A DNA stretch of 64,000 bases from an uncultured Gammaproteobacteria bacterium (GTDB taxonomy: Bacteria > Patescibacteriota > Patescibacteriia > UBA11705 > DATKZF01): NCBI GenBank assembly GCA_964411255.1, contig CAYPKD010000003.1:92439-156438 (forward strand). The letters run 5' to 3'. Shown here one piece after another: positions 9,815 through 18,782 of this stretch (position 1 is its first letter; the number at the start of each line of letters is the position of its first letter). The notes under the pieces are model-generated. The model was not told the origin of the DNA. It made no database searches and was given only the letters and a program-made list of their open reading frames with translations. The position numbers and the translations under genes are program-made.

Positions 9815-10438
9815 ATGTATACCATGACCCGTTTTCCTAATCAGCAGGAAGATGAAAATATATTAATTTTTTTACGCAGACATTGGATTGTTGTTTTCAA
9901 GTTTTTTATTTTATTTGTATTATTAGTTGTTTTTGTTTTAGTCCTGGATGTGGCAACTTATTATTTTACAAATATTTGGGAAGGCCAAATTAGTTATTCT
10001 CTTATTATTTTAGGAAACAGCGCGTATTTTCTGTTTGTTATGCTGTTTACTTTTGCCAACTTTGTAGATTATTATTTAGATGTCTGGATCGTGACGAATA
10101 AAAGAATTCTAAATATTGAGCAAAAAGGACTTTTTTCCAGGGTGGTCTCTGAAAAAGAAATAGTTCGAATGCAGGACGTCACTTCAGAGGTGCATGGATT
10201 TTTAGCCACATTTTTTAATTATGGAAATATATATATTCAAACTGCAGGAACAAAAGGAAGATTTATTTTTAAACAAGTGCCAGATGCTGCCAGTGTTGCT
10301 CAGGAAATTAGTAATTTGGTTACAAAGACACGAGAATCGCAACCCCAGCAAAAACCTGTATACACAGAGGAAAAAGAATCAGTGGTTTTAGAAAAAGAAA
10401 AAAAGCCCAGCGTTGAACAAATTGGGAAAGAAGAATAA
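9815..10438 (+). CDS. Bacterial PH-domain membrane protein
   Basis: RRHW, two TMs, WIVTNKRI..EQKGLF, FNYGNIYIQTAG. Confidence 0.8.
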   Translation: MYTMTRFPNQQEDENILIFLRRHWIVVFKFFILFVLLVVFVLVLDVATYYFTNIWEGQISYSLIILGNSAYFLFVMLFTFANFVDYYLDVWIVTNKRILNIEQKGLFSRVVSEKEIVRMQDVTSEVHGFLATFFNYGNIYIQTAGTKGRFIFKQVPDAASVAQEISNLVTKTRESQPQQKPVYTEEKESVVLEKEKKPSVEQIGKEE

Positions 10439-10586
10439 ATTTATTTTTTATATTCAATGATAATAAAAAACCGCTACGCGCGGTTTTTTGGATTTATTAA
10501 ATTTAATTGTAATTGTTATTTTGATGAAAAATTCTGGTGAAATCAAGGTAAATATGACTTGGAATTTTTAACTCCTTGTTTTGATA

Positions 10587-12260
10587 TTACCAGACTTTTT
10601 CTAAATTAATACCAGTATAATAATACTTTAGTATTTGATCATAAGATGCCCCGCCTTCGTCCTCATTCGCCCTATGATAGGCGTCAGTGGCATCAATACC
10701 CACTCCATGACCCCAGAGCTCTTTTCCTTCGTTGTATGGGCAGGGAACAGAAACTAAATATGGGACGTGATTATACCAAACTTCTTCAAAGCTTCTGGTG
10801 CGGCCATCGCTTCGAGAAAAATATGCGGCTACAATCGGCTTGCCATCATAAGTAGCGATAATACCGTTTGTTTGGTCCACTGCACCCTGCAGATCTCTCA
10901 TTATTTCTTGAGAGGCATAGCCTTTATATACCTGATCATAAGTAGCGTCAACATGAAAATATTCATGAGCATGTTTTGTGCCTTTGGAATAATGATAGTA
11001 AGCATATGTTCTGGCAGCAACTGTCATTGTTTTCAAATATTCAATTGGCGAACCATTGCTGGTTTCAGCAATGCCGCGCAAATAATTTTCCATGTAAATT
11101 TCTTCAATTAACCATGTTCTTTCCCTTGATTCATTATAGCGAACCTCTAAGTTACCTGAAAAATTATTCCAATTAATTGCAGGATTCCAAGTTGGACGAC
11201 GGTCATAATTTACTATTTCCCAGATTCCATTATTTGTATTTTTTAATTTTAAATAATAGGTATGATTTGTCGGCGTTCCTGCTCTTTTATATTGATAAGT
11301 AGATAATTCCTCAATATAGTCAACGGTAATCACTTCATTTGCTGGAACACTGATAAGTAAAGAATTGTTTGCATCTAAAAGTTGCCAGGATTTTGTATTT
11401 TTTATTTGAAAATTATCTTCAGAATGATATAAACCTACGCGAAGAAGTGGCCCGTTTGAATTTCTTTGCGGAATGCAATTAGTAGAACCTGAGACTGAAG
11501 AAGTATTATCAATATATGGACAAGAAGTGACAGTAGGGGGTGGAGTTGGTACAGGAGCTGGATTAGGCCTTGGTGTTGGTGTCGGCGCTGGTGTTGGTGC
11601 TGGTGCCGGAGTTGGTGTAGGTGCAGGCGCTGAAGACTTTTCAGGATCATCAGTTACTTCCATTGAAATTGAAACCTCACCGTTTTGAATCATTATATTG
11701 TCATCAGCTAAAACAAAATTTCCAGAATAAGTACCATAATTTGGCGGAGATTCTACAGCAAATTTAAATGTTGCTTCCTGGCCTGGCCAGACAACGTCTT
11801 GTTCCAGACTTCCAGGATGATATGGATCTGGCCAATAATCATGATGGAATTTTAGGCCAGTGCTTAATGATTTTAAGTATACTTTACCTTTATTCCATGC
11901 TTTTGTACCAGTATTTTTAAATTTAACAATAAAAGTAAAGCCTTTATTTGGAATAATATTGACATGTTTATGAGATTGAACTAAAAAAGCTGCCTGATTA
12001 TTATTTTCAGCAGCTAAAGCAACTGTAGTATGAAAAGGGTTTAATTGATTTTTTGTTTTTATTTGATTAAGAGAATTAATAACATTATCTTCAATAAATC
12101 TCATGCCAAAACTGCAAAGAGCCACAATAACAAAAGAAAGAAGCAGACTCATGGTAAAATGTGTTCCTTTTTTTGTTTTTGGAAGCTTATTTTCACAATT
12201 TTTTTTAGAATTTAAGGCATTATGAAAATAAGACAAATGATTTTTGTTTTGGTCTTGCAT
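10587..12260 (-). CDS. SpoIID/LytB-domain protein with Ig-like domain and Pro-Thr linker
   Basis: ENYLRGIAE, VAARTYA, DQVYKG, WGHGVG, QILKYYY; FKNTGTKAW Ig-like segment. Confidence 0.85.
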   Translation of the reverse strand: MQDQNKNHLSYFHNALNSKKNCENKLPKTKKGTHFTMSLLLSFVIVALCSFGMRFIEDNVINSLNQIKTKNQLNPFHTTVALAAENNNQAAFLVQSHKHVNIIPNKGFTFIVKFKNTGTKAWNKGKVYLKSLSTGLKFHHDYWPDPYHPGSLEQDVVWPGQEATFKFAVESPPNYGTYSGNFVLADDNIMIQNGEVSISMEVTDDPEKSSAPAPTPTPAPAPTPAPTPTPRPNPAPVPTPPPTVTSCPYIDNTSSVSGSTNCIPQRNSNGPLLRVGLYHSEDNFQIKNTKSWQLLDANNSLLISVPANEVITVDYIEELSTYQYKRAGTPTNHTYYLKLKNTNNGIWEIVNYDRRPTWNPAINWNNFSGNLEVRYNESRERTWLIEEIYMENYLRGIAETSNGSPIEYLKTMTVAARTYAYYHYSKGTKHAHEYFHVDATYDQVYKGYASQEIMRDLQGAVDQTNGIIATYDGKPIVAAYFSRSDGRTRSFEEVWYNHVPYLVSVPCPYNEGKELWGHGVGIDATDAYHRANEDEGGASYDQILKYYYTGINLEKVW

Positions 12261-12420
12261 ATTTGTTTTACTATTACTATTGTATCATTTATTTTTAATT
12301 TTGTCAATAGTTTTTATGCTAAATTTAGCTAAAAAAACAATTTATTCAATTGACTTTTCCGAATAATATTGTAAAATTAATTTTTTTAAAATGAAAATTC
12401 CCGCTCGTGGGCGGAAATGT

Positions 12421-12750
12421 TTAACTTGCTATTCGAACCAATGCCACTGCCAGGAAGTAGAATATTATAATTGCTATAATAATGCCTATAATCTGAATTA
12501 TCCTATATATTTTTCTTTTTTCTAAAAGTCTATTTTTAACATCTGTTCTTATTTCATAATATGGATGGTAAAAATCACGAAAAGCCACTGTTCTATGATT
12601 ACATACTGGACAAATAAAAGTAATATCTATATTGGAAGTTCCTTTTTGTTTAGTTGTCTTTAAATTATTTTCATAAATTCTAATTACAGATAAGCAAAAA
12701 TGGCATTGTGAATACATACTCCAAGGTCCTGGGGTGCTTATGACCTCCAT
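12421..12750 (-). CDS. Hypothetical Zn-ribbon protein with C-terminal TM
   Basis: CHFC...CPVC; GGAGG SD. Confidence 0.65.
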   Translation of the reverse strand: MEVISTPGPWSMYSQCHFCLSVIRIYENNLKTTKQKGTSNIDITFICPVCNHRTVAFRDFYHPYYEIRTDVKNRLLEKRKIYRIIQIIGIIIAIIIFYFLAVALVRIAS

Positions 12751-12852
12751 CAGTACCTCCGTTTGAATAATATAAAGAACAACCTATTTTTAGGTTAACA
12801 AAAAGAGGATTTTTGTCAAATAAAAAAATTCCACGCGTGGGTGGAATAACAA

Positions 12853-13176
12853 TTAAATCGATGCTTTAACAGATGCCTCGACTATATCGCTTATGTCCTT
12901 GCCGGTCAATCTATTAAAAAAAGCTTTGATATTTTGATTGTGTTCGGTCAATCTTGAATTATGAATTTCACAGACAGTCTGTACCAGCCCCCCAGTATGC
13001 ATGCATGCAGTACAATTTTTAAGATGTTCCAGAGCATCAGTCATAAGTTGTTCGTTAAAATTTGCTATACCCAAAGCTGCCGCTGCAAGAATCATTGCTT
13101 TTTCAAGGTCAGTGCAGCCTAATTGCTCAACAATTTTTGAATAAACAACCAAATATTGTTTTGATTTTTCATCCAT
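12853..13176 (-). CDS. Hypothetical protein with HxxxCxxC motif
   Basis: EHLKNCTAC; GGGAGG SD. Confidence 0.6.
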   Translation of the reverse strand: MDEKSKQYLVVYSKIVEQLGCTDLEKAMILAAAALGIANFNEQLMTDALEHLKNCTACMHTGGLVQTVCEIHNSRLTEHNQNIKAFFNRLTGKDISDIVEASVKASI

Positions 13177-13284
13177 TGTTACCTCCCTTCCTAGTTGATT
13201 TAGGCGATATTTAATATTAACTGACTATAAATCTTTTGTCAAAAAAAATTCCGCAGGATGCGGATTTTATTAATTGAGAAATGG

Positions 13285-13533
13285 TTAATGACTAGATTTA
13301 ACCAGATTTTCTTTTTCAATTTTCGTTAAACGTTTTATTTGCGCTTCTCTTTTCTGTGCTTCTGATCGGCTGTTAAATTTTTCAAAATAAACAATTTTTA
13401 CAGGTCTTCTATATTTTGTATATTTAGCTCCTTCGCCTTTATTATGCTTTTCTTCTCTAGCTTTAATATTTATACAAGATCCTGTGTATAACGAATTGTC
13501 ATTACATCGGGCAATGTATGTGAAGTATTTCAT
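13285..13533 (-). CDS. Small GIY-YIG nuclease (UPF0213-like)
   Basis: YFTYIARC..SLYTG, HNKG.GAKYT..RRPVK, A.KRE.QIK. Confidence 0.9.
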   Translation of the reverse strand: MKYFTYIARCNDNSLYTGSCINIKAREEKHNKGEGAKYTKYRRPVKIVYFEKFNSRSEAQKREAQIKRLTKIEKENLVKSSH

Positions 13534-13574
13534 TTTAATATATAAAAGATTTAATTAATTTGTATCACTATTTA

Positions 13575-13614
13575 TGGCTGTGCTATTCGAAGTTCGCCAA
13601 AGGCGAACGAAGAA
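13575..13614 (-). repeat. tRNA-end palindromic element (3' of tRNA-Ala)
   Basis: CCA|TTCTTCGTTCGCCTTTGGCGAACTTCGAATAGCACAG|CCA. Confidence 0.8.
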
Positions 13615-13690
13615 TGGTGGACCTGACTGGACTTGAACCAGCGACCTCCTCCATGCCATGGAGGCGCTCTACCAACTAAGCTACAGGCCC
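13615..13690 (-). tRNA. tRNA-Ala(GGC)
   Basis: CCTCC-ATGGCAT-GGAGG anticodon arm, G3:U70 pair, CCA. Confidence 0.95.
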
Positions 13691-13757
13691 GGAAAAAAAT
13701 CAAAAATGAAAAAGTAAAAATTAAAAATTATGGAAACTCATTTCGTGGGCCTTTGAT

Positions 13758-14684
13758 TTATTTATATATATCATTTTCAATATTTTTGCGTGTTTTTTTC
13801 AAACTTTTTATAGCTTTCTTTGACAATATATTATCTGGCATTTCGATTTGCGCACTACAGCTCAAAAGAAATAGATTTTTCATTTCCTCATATTGTTCCT
13901 CACCTTCTGGCAGCTTATTTTTATATTGAAATGCCTTGGCTAAAGTTTGATATGAGCCAACGATATCCTCATCAGCGATTCTTCTTTCAAAAATATCAGG
14001 AATTGATTGGATTTCAGAGGTTTTCATTATTGTAGAAAATCTTTCCTGGTCTTTTTTAGAAATTTCCTTGGATTTCATAATAAGTTCAGGACCAGTAACA
14101 AAATCAAAAGAATCTGATTCTACGTTTGATTTTAATACTTGCAATTCTACCCGGTATTCTAAAGCTATATTCTCTTTTTTCATTAATGTATCAATATAAC
14201 CGATAAATTTAGTTTTCATTGCCTCGTATTCTGGAAGATTTTCAGTATGAGCTCTTTCTAAATGCCCGCTGGCAGCGGCAATCATACCGTGTTTTATTGA
14301 ATTTTCAAATAAATCGTGAGTAACTTCAGTAAGCACTTTTTTAAAATAATCTTCAGTAGTTATTTCTGTTTTTATTGGTTCTTTTTCAGCTGTAGTTTTT
14401 TTCTTTTCTGCAATTTTTTCAGGACGGGCAGCAACAGTTTTTTCTACACCGGTTATTTTTCCAGAAGCTTGGGTTTGGGCTGTACCTAATTTTTCAGTTT
14501 CCATTTCATCATACGCTTCTTTTGCAGCCTCAACCTGTGCAGGAGTGACCTGAGTTTCAAGGCCAGATACTTTCCAGCCTTTTTCTTTTTTGGGTTTTGC
14601 CTGTCTCTTTTTGAGTTTTTCTGGAGAGTCAGGAACGGATATTTGCGTTTTTTCAGGTTTTTGTTGCTCCGGTCTAAATACCAT
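13758..14684 (-). CDS. Hypothetical Lys/Glu-rich protein
   Basis: Likely start MVFRPEQ at 14684; the track's upstream extension crosses tRNA-Lys. Confidence 0.7.
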   Translation of the reverse strand: MVFRPEQQKPEKTQISVPDSPEKLKKRQAKPKKEKGWKVSGLETQVTPAQVEAAKEAYDEMETEKLGTAQTQASGKITGVEKTVAARPEKIAEKKKTTAEKEPIKTEITTEDYFKKVLTEVTHDLFENSIKHGMIAAASGHLERAHTENLPEYEAMKTKFIGYIDTLMKKENIALEYRVELQVLKSNVESDSFDFVTGPELIMKSKEISKKDQERFSTIMKTSEIQSIPDIFERRIADEDIVGSYQTLAKAFQYKNKLPEGEEQYEEMKNLFLLSCSAQIEMPDNILSKKAIKSLKKTRKNIENDIYK

Positions 14685-14708
14685 ATTTTTTAAAATTAAA
14701 TGTAATAA

Positions 14709-14761
14709 AGGTCTGCCATCCGAAGCCCGACCTTGAATTTGTCGAGAGGGAGAGCGAAGGA
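14709..14761 (-). repeat. tRNA-end palindromic element (3' of tRNA-Lys)
   Basis: CCA|TCCTTCGCTC...GGGCTTCGGATGGCAGA|CCT. Confidence 0.8.
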
Positions 14762-14836
14762 TGGTGGGTCGTGAAGGACTCGAACCTTCAACCAATGGCT
14801 TAAGAGGCCACTGCTCTACCATTGAGCTAACGACCC
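14762..14836 (-). tRNA. tRNA-Lys(CTT)
   Basis: TGGC-CTCTTAA-GCCA anticodon arm, CCA. Confidence 0.95.
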
Positions 14837-14878
14837 TTGGTATGAAATAATAAATAACAAAATCCAAAAGAATATTTA

Positions 14879-14958
14879 TGGCCTGCCATTTGAAGCTCCG
14901 AATATTGTGAGGAGCGAAGAATGGCGCAGTCATGAACCATTCACTTTATTTGGATTCA
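14879..14958 (-). repeat. Two stacked tRNA-end elements 3' of tRNA-Arg(TCG)
   Basis: CTGCGCCA|TGAATC...GGTTCATGA|CTGCGCCA|TTCTTCGCTCC...GGAGCTTCAAATGGCAGG|CCA. Confidence 0.8.
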
Positions 14959-15035
14959 TGGCGCAGCCGGAGGGACTCGAACCCCCAACCCTCTGGTCCG
15001 AAGCCAGATGCTCTATCCAATTGAGCTACGGCTGC
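14959..15035 (-). tRNA. tRNA-Arg(TCG)
   Basis: TCTGG-CTTCGGA-CCAGA anticodon arm, CCA. Confidence 0.95.
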
Positions 15036-15068
15036 ATGTTGCATATTAAACGAATTGTAAATTTTTTT

Positions 15069-15229
15069 CCCAACCCTCTGGTTCGAAGCCAGATGTCCCG
15101 ATTTTTAGAGCCGCTAATCAGCTTAATAATCGAGGATTCTCGAAATTGTAACAAAATCATAAATTTTGACAATTTCGGGACTCTATCCAATTGAGCCCTA
15201 CCCTGAGCGAAGTCGAAGGGTGCGGCTGC
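15069..15229 (-). pseudogene. Truncated tRNA-Arg(TCG) copy disrupted by two palindromic insertions
   Basis: Matches the 5' two-thirds of 14959-15035 once 15096-15180 and 15197-15220 are removed; no T-arm or 3' acceptor. Confidence 0.85.
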
Positions 15230-15340
15230 ATAAGAAAGTTATTGGTGTCACTTTAGGATAATCTTGTATAGATAATTGTTGCAAAAAAATCCTGTAAATA
15301 AAACTTAAGCAAAGCTGCCTAAGTTTTATTTATTTTTATA

Positions 15341-16033
15341 TTAGCTCCACTTTTTCTTTTTTATAGCCTTCTCAGCGGCTATTTCCTGAGCTTCCTGCTT
15401 ACTTAATCCTGATCCTTTAGTTACCAATTCTTTTCCCAAATAAACACCTACTTCAAATATTTTAGCATGGTCTGGACCGCTTTCTTTTGATACTTTGTAT
15501 GTTGGTGTAATACCCACTTTTTCCTGGGCAGCTTCCTGGAATTTACTTTTTGGATCCAGATATAGTTGATGTTTCAGAATATATGGCAATTCTGGCAAAA
15601 GTTTTTTTTCTAAAAATTCTTTTGAGGCCTGCCATCCCTGATCCAAATATATTGAGCCAATTAATGATTCAAAGGCATTAGCCAAAATGTACTGGCGCGC
15701 TTTTCCAATATCCTTTGATTCACCTTTGCTTAAATATAAATAAGTTTCAAGGCCAATTCGCTGCGCCAGTTTAGCTAACATTTTACTATTGACTAAACTT
15801 GCCCGCCAATTAGTTAATTCGCCTTCTGGGTTTTCATAATTAAGATAAAGATGTTCAGTCACAACTAATTCAAGGACTGCATCTCCCAAAAATTCCAGCC
15901 TTTCATTATGTCCCAGATGGAAATCAGGATGTTCATTTAAGTAAGAACGATGGACTAGTGCTTGTTCCAGTAAGTCCATGTTTTCAAATTTAACCCCTAT
16001 TTTCTTTTCTAATTTTGAAAAATCTTTTTTCAT
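15341..16033 (-). CDS. rnc: Ribonuclease III
   Basis: HNERLEFLGDAVL; dsRBD GPDHAK.F. Confidence 0.98.
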   Translation of the reverse strand: MKKDFSKLEKKIGVKFENMDLLEQALVHRSYLNEHPDFHLGHNERLEFLGDAVLELVVTEHLYLNYENPEGELTNWRASLVNSKMLAKLAQRIGLETYLYLSKGESKDIGKARQYILANAFESLIGSIYLDQGWQASKEFLEKKLLPELPYILKHQLYLDPKSKFQEAAQEKVGITPTYKVSKESGPDHAKIFEVGVYLGKELVTKGSGLSKQEAQEIAAEKAIKKKKWS

Positions 16034-16040
16034 ACTGACA

Positions 16041-16121
16041 AAAACAGATCAACAGATCTGCAACAGATGAAACAGATAATGCATTATCTGGAATATCTGT
16101 AGTAGGTCAATAGATCCGTAG
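16041..16121. repeat. ACAGAT-type degenerate tandem/inverted intergenic repeat
   Basis: ACAGAT x4 then ATCTG/ATCCG copies; similar to 60055-60141. Confidence 0.7.
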
Positions 16122-16616
16122 TTACTTTTTCTTAGAGTCTTCGTTTTTTTTAGTTTCTTCCGCTTTTACTTTAATTTGTTCTTTATCTTCTGTTTTTATT
16201 ACTTCACCCATGTCTTTATAAATTGAACCTAAAACACCGTTAATAAATTTTCCAGATGATTCGCCACCAAAAGTTTTACCAATTTCTATGGCTTCATTAA
16301 TTGCTACTTTAGCAGGAACATCCTTGTCAAAAACTAATTCATATATGCCGATTCTAAGAATGTTTCGATCAATAGTCGTTATTTGTTCGATTGGCCATTC
16401 TGGGGCATATTTTACAATATGCTCATCAATTTTTTTTATTTTTTTGATTACGCCGTCAATAATTTTTTCAGTAAAGGATTTATCTTTAACCGTTGGAGCA
16501 AATTCTTTAAAATTGTAATCAATAAATTTAGGCAAATCTTTTGTGTTTTTGCCAAGAAAATCCCACTGAAATAATGTTTGCATTGCAATGGTCCTGGCAA
16601 GGTGTCTATTAGCCAT
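16122..16616 (-). CDS. nusB: Transcription antitermination factor NusB
   Basis: [31 protein letters not shown]. Confidence 0.97.
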   Translation of the reverse strand: MANRHLARTIAMQTLFQWDFLGKNTKDLPKFIDYNFKEFAPTVKDKSFTEKIIDGVIKKIKKIDEHIVKYAPEWPIEQITTIDRNILRIGIYELVFDKDVPAKVAINEAIEIGKTFGGESSGKFINGVLGSIYKDMGEVIKTEDKEQIKVKAEETKKNEDSKKK

Positions 16617-16746
16617 AAATTGTTCATTTTTAGGTTCAAATATAAAATGGACTTATCAATATTTTACTATATTTTATTGGTTTTGGCAAGCCCTGAGTTT
16701 AAAAATAAAAAATCCCTTTATTTTTAGGGATTTTTTATAAACGTGA

Positions 16747-17409
16747 TTATTGAGTCATTAAACTTAAGGTAAATCTAATTTGATCATCCTGACTAAAGAT
16801 AATAATGGTAGCATTTTTATTGTCTTTAGAATAGCTTAATGAAGTGGTTTCATCTGTTTCATATTCTGAAATCTTTTTCCAGCCAGAGTCTTCCATTTCA
16901 TTAAGATAAAAGCCTTTAACATCATCTTTTGACTTGTTCGTAGTAAAAGTACCGCCAATGCCAAGTTCTGCCATTTCATTTAAAGTAACCATTTTTGCTG
17001 AATCCATAATAGGTATTGCGTTTTTTAATTCTTTTGGTACATCAATACCTGATTCATCTGTTTTGACTTTAAATTCTCCTTCCTGCCCTTCTTCATCTGT
17101 AAATTTCATTTTGAATGTTCCTTCTTCATCACCATCAATATCAAATTCTATTTCACCTTCCCCATCTTCGCCTTTTATCTTTATGGTGTCTCCGCTTTTA
17201 TCAATATCAATATTTGTTCCGGTTTGAGATTCAATCATTCTTTCTAAAGCAGTTTCTGTTACATTATTGACTACAGCCCGATAAATAAAATAGCCGATCA
17301 AGGCAACAATAATAATAGCCACAATTACAACCACAATAATAATGGTTGAATTTGATTTTTTAGGAGAGCTTGGGCTTGGGGGTGGTGTTGGTTGTGTTTG
17401 ATTTTCCAT
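16747..17409 (-). CDS. Membrane-anchored hypothetical protein
   Basis: Pro-rich N-terminus, one TM, acidic extracellular domain. Confidence 0.75.
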   Translation of the reverse strand: MENQTQPTPPPSPSSPKKSNSTIIIVVVIVAIIIVALIGYFIYRAVVNNVTETALERMIESQTGTNIDIDKSGDTIKIKGEDGEGEIEFDIDGDEEGTFKMKFTDEEGQEGEFKVKTDESGIDVPKELKNAIPIMDSAKMVTLNEMAELGIGGTFTTNKSKDDVKGFYLNEMEDSGWKKISEYETDETTSLSYSKDNKNATIIIFSQDDQIRFTLSLMTQ

Positions 17410-17474
17410 AAATAAATTCTTTATGAGTAAGTTGTGTTTAGTATAGTCAATTTTAATAGTTTGTAAATATTATA

Positions 17475-18185
17475 CTATTTTGCCATTGCTTTTTTCTTCA
17501 ATGATACGGGCATTTTTTCAATTGCATAACGTAAAGCTGTTCTGGGCATTTTGTGTTTTCGTAGCATTACAAAATTAAAAATATCTTTTTGGTAATGGTT
17601 GGCAGCTTCCTTTAACATCCAGCCATACCCTTTTTGAACTAAGTCATCCTTGTCAAGCAAAAGAATGTCAGCAATTTGAAAAACATCTTTTAAATATTTT
17701 TTGTTTTGTTTTATCAGCGGAATCATTATCACTGCTGATGCCCGACGAACCCAGCGATTTTTTGACTTGGTCCATTGCTTTATGATTTTTAAATATTCCG
17801 GATATTTTATGATTAAATGCCCAAAGGCATTGGTACAAAAAATATCACACATTGCCCAATTGGTAACATATTTTTTCAGCCATTGCTCAAAAATTTTATA
17901 ATCTTTTTTTTGATATTGCTTTGTAAGTCTTTTTGCCCAATCAAAAGCAATCATTGCTTCTTCATTATAATTTGATTGTAAAAGCTTTTCGCACAGGGTA
18001 AAGACTCGATGTTTTGGAAGTAATTTGATGGCCGCAAAATTGCCTGCGGCAATTTTGCGGACGATCGGAGCCCTCACTCCGTAAAGTTTTATTGGTTCAT
18101 TAAAAAAATTTTGTGAGCCTTTTTTATATTTAGGGTCAATGTTGGTTTTAAGCTCTTTTCTGATTTTAATAATTGTATTGTTCAT
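17475..18185 (-). CDS. DNA alkylation repair protein (AlkD-like)
   Basis: YGVRAP, NWAMCD, W.RRA, VQKGYGWMLKE, RTALRYAIEK. Confidence 0.9.
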   Translation of the reverse strand: MNNTIIKIRKELKTNIDPKYKKGSQNFFNEPIKLYGVRAPIVRKIAAGNFAAIKLLPKHRVFTLCEKLLQSNYNEEAMIAFDWAKRLTKQYQKKDYKIFEQWLKKYVTNWAMCDIFCTNAFGHLIIKYPEYLKIIKQWTKSKNRWVRRASAVIMIPLIKQNKKYLKDVFQIADILLLDKDDLVQKGYGWMLKEAANHYQKDIFNFVMLRKHKMPRTALRYAIEKMPVSLKKKAMAK

Positions 18186-18739
18186 AGCTTTTGATTTTCT
18201 AAAATCATATTTGGATAACCGCTTGATTTATATTCTGATTGATTAAGCTGTATCCCCAGTTCTTTTGCGAAGTCAAAGCAGGCTTGTCTGGTTTTTTTTG
18301 CGTTTCCAAAGTCTTTTTTTGCCTCTATTTCAATAAAGTTTCCGAGTTCTTTAATATTATCTAATACAATTTCAAAGTTTTCTACTTGGAAATATTTTCT
18401 GGTCTTGGTTACAGTTACTTTTAATTCATGCCCGAGCTGTTTTAGGAATTCCTCTGCGGTTTTGGGATCCTCAATATTAAATTCATATTCATCGGATGTT
18501 AACAGAACAGTTTTATTATCGTATTTTGCATCAGTGTAATTTAAGTGATGTTTATCATCTTCATACCTGATTCGTAAATATTTTGATACAGGTTTTATTT
18601 CAAACCAGTCTTGATTTTGTGGAACAAAATATTTATCAGTTTGTTTTCGTTCTTTAATAAATCGACCTTTTTCAAGAATTTTTTTCTCAATCTCATCTGG
18701 ATTGGAAATTTTAATTTTAATCTCTATTTCTTGATTCAT
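18182..18739 (-). CDS. CYTH-domain protein (class IV adenylate cyclase-like)
   Basis: EIEIK, QTD.YF, LRIR, LG.FIEIE. Confidence 0.88.
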   Translation of the reverse strand: MNQEIEIKIKISNPDEIEKKILEKGRFIKERKQTDKYFVPQNQDWFEIKPVSKYLRIRYEDDKHHLNYTDAKYDNKTVLLTSDEYEFNIEDPKTAEEFLKQLGHELKVTVTKTRKYFQVENFEIVLDNIKELGNFIEIEAKKDFGNAKKTRQACFDFAKELGIQLNQSEYKSSGYPNMILENQKL

Positions 18740-18782
18740 ATGTTTATATTGTAAAAGAGAGTTAAGATTTACTCAAGTCTTT

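Noticed and set aside
11535-11632. Repetitive GGTGTT/GGTGC DNA
   Set aside because: Simply encodes the Pro-Thr-Ala linker of the SpoIID-domain protein.
14685-14933. N-terminal extension of ORF 13758..14933
   Set aside because: Reads through tRNA-Lys and its element; 14684 is the plausible start.
15069-15229. Intron-containing functional tRNA
   Set aside because: T-arm and 3' acceptor strand are missing even after removing both inserts.
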